The notes under the pieces are model-generated. The model was not told where the DNA came from. It made no database searches and worked only from the letters and a program-made list of their open reading frames with translations. A DNA stretch of 64,000 nt, from NCBI GenBank assembly GCA_963817285.1, contig CAWFOE010000019.1, forward strand, positions 3,693 to 67,692. The letters run 5' to 3'. The translations under genes were made by a program, and so were the position numbers. Origin of the DNA: an uncultured Pseudomonadota bacterium (GTDB lineage Bacteria; Pseudomonadota; Gammaproteobacteria; Natronospirales; REEB76). The first letter of the stretch is position 1, and each line of letters opens with the position of its first letter. Shown here one piece after another: positions 27,606 through 38,557 of this stretch.

Positions 27606-28868
27606 TCAGTTGCCGCCAGCGGCAGCGGAGGACTTGCGGTGACCGGAGCCCTTCTTCCAGCCGTGCTTGGTGGCCGCAGCCGGTGCTGCGACGGTGGCGA
27701 GTTGCGGCAGGGTGATCTGGCCGCCGTCTTTCAACTGCTCTGCCCCATCCGTCACCACTTTCTCGCCGGCCTTCAGACCGGTGAGGATGGCGATACGATC
27801 GCCGTCCACCGGGCCTAAGGTCACCGTGCGCAAGCTCACGGTGTCATCGGAGTTCACCACATATACATAAGTGCCGGGCGCGCCGCGCTGCACTGCCGCC
27901 GAAGGCACCGTCAGAGTGTCATGCAAGGTATCCACCAGCAGCACCGCATTCACGAACTCGTTGGGGAAGAGTCGCCCATCCGCATTCTTGAACAGGGCCC
28001 GCAGCTCCACGGTGCCGGTGCTGGTGTTCACCATGTTGTCCACGGCGGAGAGCTCGCCGTCGGCTAGCTTCTGGGTATTGGTGCGATCGTAGAGGGTCAC
28101 CGGCAGATGGGCGCCGCTGCCATAGCGCTGCATCACCTGGGGCACGTTGTCCTCCGGCAGGGTGAAGATGACGCTCACCGGAGAGAGTTCCGTGATCACC
28201 ACGATGCCGTTGGCATCGGAAGTCTGCACGTAATTGCCGATGTCGACCTGACGCAGGCCCACGCGACCGAATACCGGCGACTCGATGTGGCAATAGGCCA
28301 GGTTCAGCTTGGCGTTATCCACCTGGGCCTGATCGGATTTCGTCGTGCCCTGGTACTGCTCCACGAGGAACTGCTGGTCGTCCAGCTGCTGGGCCGAGAT
28401 GGAGTCTTGGCTCGCGAGGGTCTTGTAGCGCTCGAGGTCCGCCTGCGCCTGATGCAATAGTCCCTGATCGTGGGTGAGCTGTCCCTGGGCCTGCTCCAGC
28501 GCCACTTCATAGGGCCGCGGATCCACCTGGGCGAGGAAATCGCCGACCTTCACCATCTGGCCTTCTTTGAAACCAATCTGCATGAGGCGGCCGCTGATCT
28601 GGGTGCGCACCGTGACCGTCGCGAGCGGCGTGACCGTGCCGAGCGCCGAGAGCGTCACGGGCACATCGCCCTGAGCCACCACGGCGGCTTGCACCGGCTG
28701 GGGTCCGTTGAACTGGGCGAAGCCGCGACGGCTGTTGCGACTCTGGCTCTGCCCAGCGGAGGACATGTGCAGCGCGAGGGCGACGAGCACGACGACGAGG
28801 AGCACGCCACCGCCGAGCAGCGCGAACTTCAGGCGCCGACGGCGCGCATGACTGGAAGGCATGTTCAT
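27606..28868 (-). CDS. mdtA: RND efflux membrane fusion (periplasmic adaptor) protein, MdtA-like
   Basis: 420 aa with an N-terminal TM anchor and the HlyD/MFP lipoyl and beta-barrel pattern (VTVRTQISGRLMQIGFKEGQMVKVGDFLAQVDPRPY). It is the first gene of the adaptor-RND-RND-OMF order. Confidence 0.85.
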   Translation of the reverse strand: MNMPSSHARRRRLKFALLGGGVLLVVVLVALALHMSSAGQSQSRNSRRGFAQFNGPQPVQAAVVAQGDVPVTLSALGTVTPLATVTVRTQISGRLMQIGFKEGQMVKVGDFLAQVDPRPYEVALEQAQGQLTHDQGLLHQAQADLERYKTLASQDSISAQQLDDQQFLVEQYQGTTKSDQAQVDNAKLNLAYCHIESPVFGRVGLRQVDIGNYVQTSDANGIVVITELSPVSVIFTLPEDNVPQVMQRYGSGAHLPVTLYDRTNTQKLADGELSAVDNMVNTSTGTVELRALFKNADGRLFPNEFVNAVLLVDTLHDTLTVPSAAVQRGAPGTYVYVVNSDDTVSLRTVTLGPVDGDRIAILTGLKAGEKVVTDGAEQLKDGGQITLPQLATVAAPAAATKHGWKKGSGHRKSSAAAGGN

Positions 28869-29143
28869 GTTCTTCAGATCCGTGATTGCGGTGGTACGCG
28901 CGGCCCAAAAGCCTAAGGCTGCTTCATATGTATAACAGCCATGTGCCGGTTTTGGATTACAAAACCTGCACCATGCTAGAGGAAATTACCGCGCGCGAAA
29001 GCCTGTTACTCTTCGTAACAATCGACGATCCCAGCGTGATTCAGTTATACCGAATGTTTGAGGGGATTCCAGCGGGATAGTTCAGATGAGCGGAATGTAT
29101 CGAAATGCAACAAGAGGCGAAGCAGGGAGATGGAGCCGGGTCT

Positions 29144-30157
29144 TCAACCTGATATCGCGCGCTTATAGATATCGTCTACCACGATCTGGTTCAGGCAGTT
29201 CATATGCTTCAAAGGGCATTCACGCTCGAAACAGGGGCTGCAATCGAGCTTGAGATAGACCACGTCGGCTTTATCGGTAAGGGGCGGCGTGTAATCGGGA
29301 CTGGAGGAGCCGTAGATAGCCACGAGCTTCACACCGACGGCGGCCGCCATATGCATGAGACCGGAATCGTTGCTCACGGCAGATTGGGCCAGCGCCAGGA
29401 GATCCACCACGTCCACGAGCTTGGTGCCACCGCAGAGGTTCACAGCACCCTCCCGGGCTTGCTTCACGATGGCATCCCCGAGGGTGTGCTCTTTCGCAGA
29501 GCCGAACACCCAGACCTGCTTGCCTGAGGCTATCAACCGCTTCGCCAGCTCGCCGTAGCGATCCAAAGGCCAGCGCTTGGCAGGACCGTATTCCGCGCCT
29601 GGCAAGAGCGCCACCACGGGTTTGTCCAAGTGCAACCGGTTGATGTCCAGCAGCATCGCCTGGTTGTCTTTATCCACCCGGAGATAGGGCTTGTGGATGA
29701 CGGGCGGTAGCGGCGCATCACGCTCCAAGCCTAGCGCCACATAGCGCTGCACTGTCTGGGGTAGGAGTTTCTTATCGAGCTTGCGCATGTCGTTGATGAG
29801 GCCGAAGCGCCATTCACCCCGATAACCGGTGCGTATCGGGATCCCGGCGAAGGCTGGCACCAGGGCGGACTTCCAAGAGCGAGGCAGCACTACGGCCCGG
29901 GTATAGCGGCGATTGAGCGCGCGCCCTAAGCGCTTGCGCACGCCGTAACCGAACTCGCCATGCTCGATGGGCAGCATCACCGCCGCGTGCACCTCCGGCA
30001 TGCGCGCCAAGAGAGGTCGCGACCAGGAGGGCGCCAGCACGTCTATCTCGGAATCGGGGAAGCGTTCTTTAAGGGTGATGAGCAGGCTCTGGGCCATGAC
30101 CATGTCGCCGACCCAGGCGGGCCCCACGACCAGGATGCGCTGGGCAGGCGTGCTCAT
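29144..30157 (-). CDS. waaF: ADP-heptose:LPS heptosyltransferase II
   Basis: 337 aa with the GT9 pattern RILVVGPAWVGDMVMAQSL...PGAEYGPAKRWP...NDSGLMHMAAAVG. It is adjacent to hldD. Confidence 0.85.
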   Translation of the reverse strand: MSTPAQRILVVGPAWVGDMVMAQSLLITLKERFPDSEIDVLAPSWSRPLLARMPEVHAAVMLPIEHGEFGYGVRKRLGRALNRRYTRAVVLPRSWKSALVPAFAGIPIRTGYRGEWRFGLINDMRKLDKKLLPQTVQRYVALGLERDAPLPPVIHKPYLRVDKDNQAMLLDINRLHLDKPVVALLPGAEYGPAKRWPLDRYGELAKRLIASGKQVWVFGSAKEHTLGDAIVKQAREGAVNLCGGTKLVDVVDLLALAQSAVSNDSGLMHMAAAVGVKLVAIYGSSSPDYTPPLTDKADVVYLKLDCSPCFERECPLKHMNCLNQIVVDDIYKRAISG

Positions 30158-30163
30158 GGAGGT

Positions 30164-31108
30164 TTACTTATTGAGCCAAGCCATGTATTTCTCGACGCCT
30201 TCTTCGACGGTCATAAACTGGTGATCGCAACCCGCAGCGCGCAGAGCAGACATGTCCGCTTCCGTGAAGCTCTGATAGCGGCCCTTCAGGTTATCCGGGA
30301 AGGGGATGTATTCGATCTTGCCCTTGCCGTGGTGCTTAATGACTGCTTTCGCCACGTCGTTGAAGGGCTGGCTCTTGCCCGTGCCCAGGTTGAATATGCC
30401 TGAGACCTTCGGGTGCTCTCGGAACCACAGGTTCACGGCGCAGACGTCGTCCACGTGGATGAAGTCCCGGCGCTGCTCGCCGTCACCGTACCCATCGCTA
30501 CCCTTGAACAGACGGCATTTGCCGTCTGCCAGGATCTGGTTGTTGAAATGGAAAGCCGTGCTCGCCATCTTGCCCTTGTGCTGCTCGCGGGGGCCGTAGA
30601 CGTTGAAGTAACGGAAACCCACGACTTGGCTCTTCAAACCCGTCTTGATGCGCCGACGCACATGCTGGTCGAACAGGAACTTGGAGTAGCCGTACACGTT
30701 GAGGGGCGCTTCGTACTGCCGCTCCTCCTTGAACACCTTGCCCCCGCCATAGACCGCGGCCGAGGAGGCATAGATGAAGGGGATGTTGCGGGTCTGGCAG
30801 TAATCCAGCAGTGCCTTGGAGTACTCGTAGTTGGCGGCCATCATGTATTGGCCGTTCCACTCGGTGGTGTCCGAGCAGGCGCCGTTATGGAATACCGCTT
30901 CCACGGGCCCGAAAGTGTGGTTCGAGAGCAGCTGCTGTAGGAAGGCATCCTTATCCCGATAGTCGGCGATGTCGCCGTCCACCATGTTGGTGAACTTGGT
31001 GCCATCCTTCAGATCGTCCACCACGATGATGTCGCTGTGGCCGCGCTTGTTCAGCGCCAGCACCAGGTTGCTGCCGACGAAGCCGGCGCCGCCGGTGACG
31101 ATGATCAT
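30164..31108 (-). CDS. hldD: ADP-L-glycero-D-manno-heptose 6-epimerase
   Basis: 314 aa with [23 protein letters not shown] (Rossmann fold), YGYSKFLFD (the catalytic YxxxK) and a typical HldD C-terminus. Confidence 0.9.
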   Translation of the reverse strand: MIIVTGGAGFVGSNLVLALNKRGHSDIIVVDDLKDGTKFTNMVDGDIADYRDKDAFLQQLLSNHTFGPVEAVFHNGACSDTTEWNGQYMMAANYEYSKALLDYCQTRNIPFIYASSAAVYGGGKVFKEERQYEAPLNVYGYSKFLFDQHVRRRIKTGLKSQVVGFRYFNVYGPREQHKGKMASTAFHFNNQILADGKCRLFKGSDGYGDGEQRRDFIHVDDVCAVNLWFREHPKVSGIFNLGTGKSQPFNDVAKAVIKHHGKGKIEYIPFPDNLKGRYQSFTEADMSALRAAGCDHQFMTVEEGVEKYMAWLNK

Positions 31109-31860
31109 GGTTGTGCTCTCTTCGAATAGATGACCATATATTTATAGAATACGCCGTTCGCTTCGGACACCGATATAAGCAGCCCCCGCCAGCCGTCCAA
31201 CACCCCCAGACGCAACAGGTAGCTGCGGATGAAGGCCCAGAAGGTCTTCAGCATGATCACTGCGGGGTGATAGGTGCGGTCCGATTCGCCGGCCTTCAGC
31301 ATGGTGTAGCGGTGCATCTTCACCAGGAAATCCCCGGCATCGCGCATGGCGGTGTGCTTCAGGGTGCCACCCAACTGTCCCGGGACCTCGCCGGACCGCA
31401 ATTCCACTTTCTCATGCACCACCGCTTCCGTGAAACGATGCTGGCCGCGGTGATAGAGCCGGGTCAGCCACTGGCTGCCCCAACCCGCATGACGCACCCG
31501 CTTGCCGAGCAACCAGTTCTGCCGCTCCAGGTCATAAGCCTTGCCCGAGTCGTCCAGACTCACGGCGCCCAATGCCGCCAGCATAGCGTCGTCCGGCACT
31601 TCGTCCGCATCGATGGAGAACACCCAGTCATGGGTGGCGAGAGCCGCCGCCCGGTTGCGGGTGGTGCCGAAGCCGGTGAACTCGCCTTTATGGATGCGCA
31701 CGTTGGGATAGCGGCCAGCGATCTCGAGAGTGCGGTCCTTGGAGCCGTTGTCGTAAATCACCACTTCGGCGAAACCCTTGAGACCGTCGAGAGTAGCCGC
31801 GAGGGACGCTTCAGCGTCGCGCACCATCAAGACCGCAGAGATACGGGAAAGCGATGACAT
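31105..31860 (-). CDS. family 2 glycosyltransferase (LPS core type)
   Basis: 251 aa with [11 protein letters not shown]...[11 protein letters not shown]...WVFSIDADE (the GT2 DxD region). It has a 4-nt overlap with hldD. Confidence 0.8.
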   Translation of the reverse strand: MSSLSRISAVLMVRDAEASLAATLDGLKGFAEVVIYDNGSKDRTLEIAGRYPNVRIHKGEFTGFGTTRNRAAALATHDWVFSIDADEVPDDAMLAALGAVSLDDSGKAYDLERQNWLLGKRVRHAGWGSQWLTRLYHRGQHRFTEAVVHEKVELRSGEVPGQLGGTLKHTAMRDAGDFLVKMHRYTMLKAGESDRTYHPAVIMLKTFWAFIRSYLLRLGVLDGWRGLLISVSEANGVFYKYMVIYSKRAQP

Positions 31861-31886
31861 GGATCAGCCTTCCACCGAGGAGTGAT

Positions 31887-32108
31887 TCAGGGGACTAGCT
31901 TGTATTCGGCGCCGCAGTAGGGGCACTTGGCTTCGCCAGTATTTTCGATAGGCAGGAACACCCGGGGATGGGAATCCCACTGGCGCATGCCGTTCATGGG
32001 GCAATGCAGAGGCAGGTCATCCCGCGTCACCTGATAGTTGCGCTGGGCATTGGGGGTCTGGATCCCCTCCTGGGTCTCGGCTCCATCCAGGGTCTCTACA
32101 GCGGCCAC
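31887..32108 (-). CDS. small zinc-finger (zf-CHCC-like) protein
   Basis: 73 aa with LHCPMNG...KCPYCGAEYKL, a Cys/His pattern typical of the small zf-CHCC family. Confidence 0.55.
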   Translation of the reverse strand: MAAVETLDGAETQEGIQTPNAQRNYQVTRDDLPLHCPMNGMRQWDSHPRVFLPIENTGEAKCPYCGAEYKLVP

Positions 32109-32180
32109 GGTAACCTCGGCATCTATATAGATGAGGCGGCGATTATACCAACGGAGCAGGAGCCGTAGCGGGGAGTCCGC

Positions 32181-35018
32181 TCAAGCGCCGGGCCCCAGGA
32201 CCTCGGTCCATAGCGCCCGCACCTGGCCGCGGACCGGCTCCGCCTCTTCCGGCGGCACGCGCGCCGGGCGCCCCTCCAGGGTCAGGCGATGCACGCGGCG
32301 GCGGAAGTCCCGATAAGTATCGGCGATGAAGCCGCCCCGGGTATCGGGAATCAGGCCAGAAGCCGTGAGACCTTCCAGGTTGCGGATGTTGTCGGTCCAG
32401 TCGAGCAGCTTCGGGTGTTTATGGGCATGAGCGAGTACCCAGTACTGCACCAGGAACTCCATGTCCGTGAGGCCACCCGCATCCAGCTTGAGGTCGAAAT
32501 CCGTGCCGGTGTGAGCCTGCTCCTGGCGCATGCGGGAGCGCATGGCCGTGATCTCATGCCGGAGCTTGGCGCCATCCCGCTCCCGCATCAGCACCGAGCG
32601 GCGTATCTGGTTGAAGGCTTCCGCCATTTCCGCATCGCCGGCCACCGGTCGCGCGCGCAGGAGCGCCTGATGTTCCCAGGTCCAGGCCTGCTGCTCCTGG
32701 TATTGGGCGAAGCTATCCAGGGAACTCACGATCAACCCGGCTCCCCCGCTGGGACGCAAGCGCGTGTCCACCTGGTAGAGCACACCCGAAGTGGTAGGGA
32801 TGGAGAGGATGTTGATGATGCGTTGCGCGAGACGCGTGAAGAACTCGACGTTGTCCAGCACTTTCGGCCCGTTGGTCTGCTGCTCGGCGCTGCGGCTGTC
32901 GTGCAAGAACACGAGGTCCAGATCCGAACCATAACCCAGTTCCCAGCCGCCGAGCTTGCCGTAGGCCACGATGGCAAAGCGTGCGTCCCGCAAGCGTCCA
33001 TGCTCGATGCACTGAGGCCGGCCGTGGCGCTTCACCAATTGCCGCCAGGCGATCTCCAGTGCCTTCCGTATCACCTGCTCCGCGGTCCAGGTGAGGAAGT
33101 CGCTCACTTTCATGAGCGGTGCGTTGCCGGCGAGATCCGCCGCCGCCACGTGCACCACCGCGCCCTGCTGGAACTGGCGCAGGGCATCCATCTGCATCTC
33201 GAGATCGTCTGGCGCGATGCCCGCCAGCATGGTCTCCAGTTCCCCATGCAGGGAATCCTGGGAGGGGAATTCCTTGAAGATGCGCGGGTCGATGAGTTCA
33301 TCCAAGAGCAAGGGCGAGCGCACCACCATGTCCACCAGCCACACGCTCTCGGAAGCTACCCTCGCCAACTGCTCCAGCGCTGTCGGGTTCTCCGTGAGCA
33401 GGGCAAGATACGCCGAGCGGCGGGAGATGGTCTCGACCACCCGGGTGAGGCGCTTCAGGGTCTCGTCGGGAGTGCCATGTCTTGCCGCCACTTCTGCCAT
33501 GTGGGGTACGAGGCTCTGCATCAAGCGGCGGGAGCGCTCACCTTGTTCCCGGGTAGCGGCGCCTTCACTTAATAGATGTAACAGCCGTGCGCTCTCGGCA
33601 GGTTCCTTGTAGCCCAGGGCCGTGAGCTTGGCCGTCACCGCGTCGGCGTCGGCCCAGACGGTCACCGATTCTTCCTGCACGGACTTGGGCGCCACCACCA
33701 CGGATTCGAATACCCGGTGCACAGCCGCCTGCTCTGCTTCCAGGTCCGCCTTGAAAGCGGCCCAATCGCCATAGCCCATGGCGAAAGCGATACGAGTGCG
33801 CCCGATCTCGTCCTCCGGCAGGGCATGGACCTGTTCGTCGGCGTATTCCTGCAGGCGATTCTCCACCCGGCGCAGGAAGGTATAGGCCTTCAGCAAGGCC
33901 CGGGCTTCCTCAGTCACCAGATAGTTCTTCTCGCCGAGATAGCCCAACACCGCCACGATACCCCGCTCCCGCAACGGCGGTTCGCGCCCGCCACGGATCA
34001 GCTGGAACACCTGGCCGATGAATTCGATCTCCCGGATACCGCCGGGCCCAAGCTTGATGTTGTCCGTGAGACCGCGCCGCTCCACTTCCTGCACCAGCAT
34101 GGCCTTCATGTCCCGCAGGGACTCAAAAGCACCGTAATCCAGGTAACGGCGATACACGAAGGGTCGCAGGGTCTGCAGCAGACGCTCGCCCGCCTTGATG
34201 TCGCCGGCCACGGGCCGCGCCTTGATGAGAGCGTAGCGCTCCCATTCGCGCCCATGGTTCTGATAATAGGTCTCCATGGCATCGAAGCTCATGGCCAGCG
34301 GCCCTGCTTCGCCGAAGGGTCTCAAGCGCAGGTCCACCCGGAACACGAAACCGTCCGCGGTGGCTTCATCCAACACCCGCACCAGCTTCTGACCTAAGCG
34401 CAGGAAATACTCTTCGTTATCCAGCGGCCGCTCGCCGTCGCTGCTGCCCGCTTCCGGGTAAGTGAAGATGAGGTCTATATCGGAGGAGAAGTTGAGTTCC
34501 CGGGCACCGAGCTTGCCCAAGCCCAGCACCACGAGAGATTGAGCGACACCTTTCGCGCTGCGCGCGGTGCCGTGACGCTCTGCATGCCAGCGGGAGAGAT
34601 GGGTGAGCGCAGCCTGGATGCAGGCGTCCGCGAGCTCTGAGAGATCCCTTAAGGTCTCGTCCAACTCGGCCATGCCCGCGATATCACGCCAGGCGATGCG
34701 CGTGAGTTCCCGGCGACGCACCCGACGCAGGCGTGTCATGAGCATGCGTTCGTCGGGCACTTCCAGCAATTCTTTCTTCACCCGCGCGGCGGGTGAGCTA
34801 CCGCTCAGGAGATCGCCGCTGGCGGCGAGTTCCGTCAACATGGCCGGATCACGGGCGCAGTTGTCTGCCACGAAACGGCTCACGGCCCACACCCGCGAGA
34901 GACTCTGGGCAGCTTCCGCAGGCGGATGCTCGGGTGAGCCGCCGTTCTCCCGATAACGGGCTTCGGCCGCCTGCAGTGCAGGTAGCAGAGCGGAAGGGAT
35001 CGAGACGGTTCGGTTCAT
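32181..35018 (-). CDS. glnE: bifunctional glutamine synthetase adenylyltransferase / adenylyl-removing enzyme
   Basis: 945 aa with duplicated nucleotidyltransferase modules (GKLGARELNFSSDIDLIF and GKLGGWELGYGSDLDLVF). The reading frame is intact. Confidence 0.9.
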   Translation of the reverse strand: MNRTVSIPSALLPALQAAEARYRENGGSPEHPPAEAAQSLSRVWAVSRFVADNCARDPAMLTELAASGDLLSGSSPAARVKKELLEVPDERMLMTRLRRVRRRELTRIAWRDIAGMAELDETLRDLSELADACIQAALTHLSRWHAERHGTARSAKGVAQSLVVLGLGKLGARELNFSSDIDLIFTYPEAGSSDGERPLDNEEYFLRLGQKLVRVLDEATADGFVFRVDLRLRPFGEAGPLAMSFDAMETYYQNHGREWERYALIKARPVAGDIKAGERLLQTLRPFVYRRYLDYGAFESLRDMKAMLVQEVERRGLTDNIKLGPGGIREIEFIGQVFQLIRGGREPPLRERGIVAVLGYLGEKNYLVTEEARALLKAYTFLRRVENRLQEYADEQVHALPEDEIGRTRIAFAMGYGDWAAFKADLEAEQAAVHRVFESVVVAPKSVQEESVTVWADADAVTAKLTALGYKEPAESARLLHLLSEGAATREQGERSRRLMQSLVPHMAEVAARHGTPDETLKRLTRVVETISRRSAYLALLTENPTALEQLARVASESVWLVDMVVRSPLLLDELIDPRIFKEFPSQDSLHGELETMLAGIAPDDLEMQMDALRQFQQGAVVHVAAADLAGNAPLMKVSDFLTWTAEQVIRKALEIAWRQLVKRHGRPQCIEHGRLRDARFAIVAYGKLGGWELGYGSDLDLVFLHDSRSAEQQTNGPKVLDNVEFFTRLAQRIINILSIPTTSGVLYQVDTRLRPSGGAGLIVSSLDSFAQYQEQQAWTWEHQALLRARPVAGDAEMAEAFNQIRRSVLMRERDGAKLRHEITAMRSRMRQEQAHTGTDFDLKLDAGGLTDMEFLVQYWVLAHAHKHPKLLDWTDNIRNLEGLTASGLIPDTRGGFIADTYRDFRRRVHRLTLEGRPARVPPEEAEPVRGQVRALWTEVLGPGA

Positions 35019-35049
35019 GCGTCTTCAGCTAGGCGCATAGGGGAAGGCC

Positions 35050-36288
35050 ATGTACCCTAACACAATGCCAAAGCCCTCCCGCCCCCGAAGATCCCCCGCC
35101 CGGCCGGGCATCCGTTTCTTCGCCACCGCCGCCAAGGGCCTCGAGCCGCTGGTGGCGGACGAGCTCAAGGCCCTGGGGGTGCGCGAGGTGAAGGAAGCCC
35201 GAGGTGGCGCCACCTTCGAAGGCACCCGTGCGGATGCCTACCGCGCCTGCCTGTGGCTGCGTACTGCGAACCGGGTGCTCCTGCCCCTGGGCAGTCTCCC
35301 GGCCCTGGATCCGCAATCCTTATATACCGCCGTGAAACAGCTGCACTGGGAACAGGATCTCTCCCCGGACGGCACCCTGGCGGTGGACTTCAGCGGCACG
35401 AGCCCCGCTTTCACCAACACCCAATTCGGCGCCCAGAAAGTGAAGGACGCCATCGTGGACCGCTTCCGGGATCGTACCGGCCGGCGTCCATCAGTTGATA
35501 AAGTGCGCCCCGACCTTCTGGTGAACGTGCATCTCTTCCACGACCTCGCCACCGTGAGCATCGACCTCTCGGGGGATAGCCTGCACATGCGTGGCTACCG
35601 CAAAGAGAGCGTGGCAGCTCCTTTGAAGGAGAACCTGGCGGCGGCGCTCCTGCTCAAATGCGGCTGGCCGAAGATCGCAGCGGCGGGCGGCAGCTTCGTG
35701 GATCCCCTGTGCGGGTCCGGCACTCTCGTGATCGAAGCGGCCATGATCGCGGGTGACGTGGCGCCCGGACTCTTGCGGGACTACTGGGGATTCACCGGTT
35801 GGCTGAGACACGACCGCGGTCTCTGGGAAGAGACCCTCATGCAGGCCAGGGACCGGCAGAACGCGGGCCGCAGCCGGGGTCACAGCATCTTCGGCTACGA
35901 CCAGGATGCGAAGGCGGTGCTCGCAGGGCAACTGAATGCCCGCACCGCGGGCATCGCCCCGGCAGTGCGTTTCGAGCAGCGGGCCCTCGAACAAAACACC
36001 TTACCCGCGGACCTCAAACCCGGCCTCGTGGTCACCAACCCACCTTACGGCGAGCGCCTTGGCCAGGCGGACCAATTGGGCCCTCTATATAAGTCTCTCG
36101 GGGACTGGCTCAAGACCCAGTGCCTGCACTGGCACGCCGGAGTGATCACCGACAGCGGGGACCTGGGCAAACAGATCGGCCTTAGGGCCGGCAAGATCAA
36201 CGCCTTCTACAACGGGGCGCTGGAATGCAAGCTGCTGCAGTTCGAGGTGGAAGAAGCCCGCTTCACCGGCGGTGACCTGCGTGCTTGA
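35050..36288 (+). CDS. rlmL: THUMP-domain class I SAM-dependent rRNA methyltransferase (RlmL-type module only)
   Basis: 412 aa with an N-terminal THUMP-type region, FVDPLCGSGTLVIEAA (SAM motif I) and VVTNPPYGERLG (the NPPY catalytic motif). Confidence 0.75.
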   Translation: MYPNTMPKPSRPRRSPARPGIRFFATAAKGLEPLVADELKALGVREVKEARGGATFEGTRADAYRACLWLRTANRVLLPLGSLPALDPQSLYTAVKQLHWEQDLSPDGTLAVDFSGTSPAFTNTQFGAQKVKDAIVDRFRDRTGRRPSVDKVRPDLLVNVHLFHDLATVSIDLSGDSLHMRGYRKESVAAPLKENLAAALLLKCGWPKIAAAGGSFVDPLCGSGTLVIEAAMIAGDVAPGLLRDYWGFTGWLRHDRGLWEETLMQARDRQNAGRSRGHSIFGYDQDAKAVLAGQLNARTAGIAPAVRFEQRALEQNTLPADLKPGLVVTNPPYGERLGQADQLGPLYKSLGDWLKTQCLHWHAGVITDSGDLGKQIGLRAGKINAFYNGALECKLLQFEVEEARFTGGDLRA

Positions 36289-36423
36289 CAGCCCCTGCGG
36301 TACTGCGCAGAATCCCCCCATGTCCTGCCACATCCTCAGCTTCGCCAAGAAATGCAAACCCGCCACCGTGCGGGTGAGGACGTATTGACTCTGTAGAGCA
36401 GGATCTCAAGAGCAAAACCCCAA

Positions 36424-36452
36424 CCCGCACGGCCAAGCCGGAGCGGGTTTTT
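36424..36452 (+). terminator. rho-independent terminator candidate after rlmL
   Basis: CCCGCaCGGCcaaGCCGgaGCGGG is followed by TTTTTTAT. It lies in the gap between 36288 and 36490. Confidence 0.5.
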
Positions 36453-36489
36453 TATCGCCCATGCCGGCCGCCACCACAGGAGCACAGGC

Positions 36490-37638
36490 ATGAGCGCACA
36501 GGTACAAGACCCCACATGGTGGCGATCGCGCCGCGAGGCGCTGATCGATCTCGCTGGCACCGGCACGCCCCGCTACGTCTATGACACGGGAGCGGTGGAA
36601 ACCGCGCTCGCGGAACTGAAAACCTTGAGTGCCCTAGACCGCTTGTTCTACGCGGTGAAAGCCAACCCGCATCCGGGACTCCTGCGCACCTTGCACGCGG
36701 CGGGTGTCGGCTTCGAGACCGTCTCCCCCGGTGAGCTTGCCCTGGTGCGTTCGCTCTTCCCGGATCTCGGCCAGGATCGACTGCTCTTCACGCCCAACTT
36801 CGCGCCCCAGAGCGAATACGCCGCGGCCTTCGCTTCTGGCGTCAGCGTGACGCTGGATAACCTGCATCCCCTGCGGGAATGGCCAGACATCCTACGAGGC
36901 CATGAGATCTTCCTGCGGGTGGATACGGGAGTGGGCGCAGGTCACCACAGCCATGTGCGCACCGCCGGCGAAGCGAGCAAGTTCGGTATCCCGTTAGCAG
37001 AGCTGGATGAGGCCCGCGCCCTGGCCGAGAGCCTGCATGCGCCCATCATAGGACTGCATGCTCACGTAGGTAGCGGCATCCTGGACCCGGACGTATGGAG
37101 CGAGACTGCATTGGCACTGGCGGAACTCTCGGAATCTTTCCCGGACTGTCGCGTGCTGGATCTGGGCGGCGGCCTCGGCATACCCGAGCGCCCGGGCGAC
37201 GGCAGCCTGGACCTCGCTCGTCTCGACCGGGGCCTCAGGGCCGTGAAGCGTGCCTATCCCCATCTCGAACTCTGGCTTGAACCGGGGCGTTATCTCGTGG
37301 CCCGGGCCGGGGTGCTGCTCACCCGGGTGACTCAATTGAAGGGCAAGGGCGAGTTGCGTTATCTCGGCGTGGATGCAGGCATGAACTCCCTCATCCGTCC
37401 GGCACTCTACGGAGCTCATCATGAGATCGTGAACCTCACGCGCCTCATGGAACCGGCCACGGCCCGGTACACGGTGGTGGGTCCCATCTGCGAGAGCGGC
37501 GACGTCCTGGGTTGCGGACGGGAACTACCGGAATCCCGGGAAGGGGATGTGCTGCTCATCGCCGATACCGGGGCTTACGGCCACGCCATGAGTTCCCGTT
37601 ACAACCTGCGGGAGCCCGCCCCGGAGACCCATCTATAG
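36490..37638 (+). CDS. PLP-dependent Orn/DAP/Arg decarboxylase family 2 protein (diaminopimelate-decarboxylase-like)
   Basis: 382 aa with FYAVKANPHPGLL (PLP lysine), LDLGGGLGI and VVGPICESGDVL motifs. Confidence 0.75.
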   Translation: MSAQVQDPTWWRSRREALIDLAGTGTPRYVYDTGAVETALAELKTLSALDRLFYAVKANPHPGLLRTLHAAGVGFETVSPGELALVRSLFPDLGQDRLLFTPNFAPQSEYAAAFASGVSVTLDNLHPLREWPDILRGHEIFLRVDTGVGAGHHSHVRTAGEASKFGIPLAELDEARALAESLHAPIIGLHAHVGSGILDPDVWSETALALAELSESFPDCRVLDLGGGLGIPERPGDGSLDLARLDRGLRAVKRAYPHLELWLEPGRYLVARAGVLLTRVTQLKGKGELRYLGVDAGMNSLIRPALYGAHHEIVNLTRLMEPATARYTVVGPICESGDVLGCGRELPESREGDVLLIADTGAYGHAMSSRYNLREPAPETHL

Positions 37639-37696
37639 AAGTGAGAAGGAACGGGTCCGGCTGGCATTGACTGTCACAGGAGCTGTGATATATTTG

Positions 37697-37717
37697 TAAA
37701 TGCGAATCATTATCATT
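37697..37717 (+). promoter_or_regulatory. candidate Fur box
   Basis: GTAAATGCGAATCATTATCAT lies immediately upstream of the 37719 start. The GAATCATTATC half closely matches the Fur consensus GATAATGATAATCATTATC. Confidence 0.5.
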
Positions 37718-37718
37718 T

Positions 37719-38504
37719 ATGTTCTTTTTTGGGGATCAGCCCGTGCCTAACGCCAAGACCCGCACACCTGTATTGGCACTATTCGCCACCCTCGGGCTCC
37801 TGACCCTCTCTGCGCCCGCTTGGGCCGACGACGAGGGCCCAGCTGAACTGCTGACCGAATACAACGTCTATTCCCCCTACGTGACGGAAGGCCAGAGCGA
37901 GGTGGAATTCCGTGCCGCGGAGTTCCGCGACAGCAGCCTGGTGCTGAACGACACCCGCGGCTACGTGGTGTCCATCGCACACTCCTTCACCAGCTGGTGG
38001 CAGCCAGAGGTCTATCTCGGTGAGTACGAGACGCTGCCACGCAACTCCAACCGCTTGGTCGCCAACGAATTCGAGAACATGTTCCAGCTCACGGACCAGG
38101 GCCACTACTGGGCGGACGTGGGCTTCCTCGCCTCCTATGAATACTCGACCCAGCAGGGCGAAGCCAACGCCGTGGAGTTCGGTCCCATATTCCAGAAGCA
38201 GTCCGGCCGCTACACCCAGAAGCTGAACCTCATCTGGGAGAAAGAGATTGGCACCGATGCGGAGCGTAACTACGCGTTCCGCGCCAACTACAGCCTGAAC
38301 TACAGCTGGCGGCGTGCCTTGGCTCCGGGCGTGGATGTGTTCCTGCGCCCTAACCAGAACATCTATCAGGTAGGCCCGGCGATCGCCGGCGAATGGAACG
38401 TGGGCAACGGCGAGGTCGAATACAGCGCCGCCATGGTGCTGGGCGTGAACCGCGACGCGCCGGACCGCACCCTGCTCATCACTCTCGAATACGAATTCTT
38501 CTGA
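37719..38504 (+). CDS. putative outer-membrane beta-barrel protein, probably iron-regulated
   Basis: 261 aa with the signal peptide ...LALFATLGLLTLSAPAWA, alternating beta-strand patterning and a C-terminal ...LITLEYEFF signature. Confidence 0.55.
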   Translation: MFFFGDQPVPNAKTRTPVLALFATLGLLTLSAPAWADDEGPAELLTEYNVYSPYVTEGQSEVEFRAAEFRDSSLVLNDTRGYVVSIAHSFTSWWQPEVYLGEYETLPRNSNRLVANEFENMFQLTDQGHYWADVGFLASYEYSTQQGEANAVEFGPIFQKQSGRYTQKLNLIWEKEIGTDAERNYAFRANYSLNYSWRRALAPGVDVFLRPNQNIYQVGPAIAGEWNVGNGEVEYSAAMVLGVNRDAPDRTLLITLEYEFF

Positions 38505-38557
38505 TCAACCGGTGCCGGCCGAAGTGCTGGCGCGGAACACCCACGAGCGACAGACCC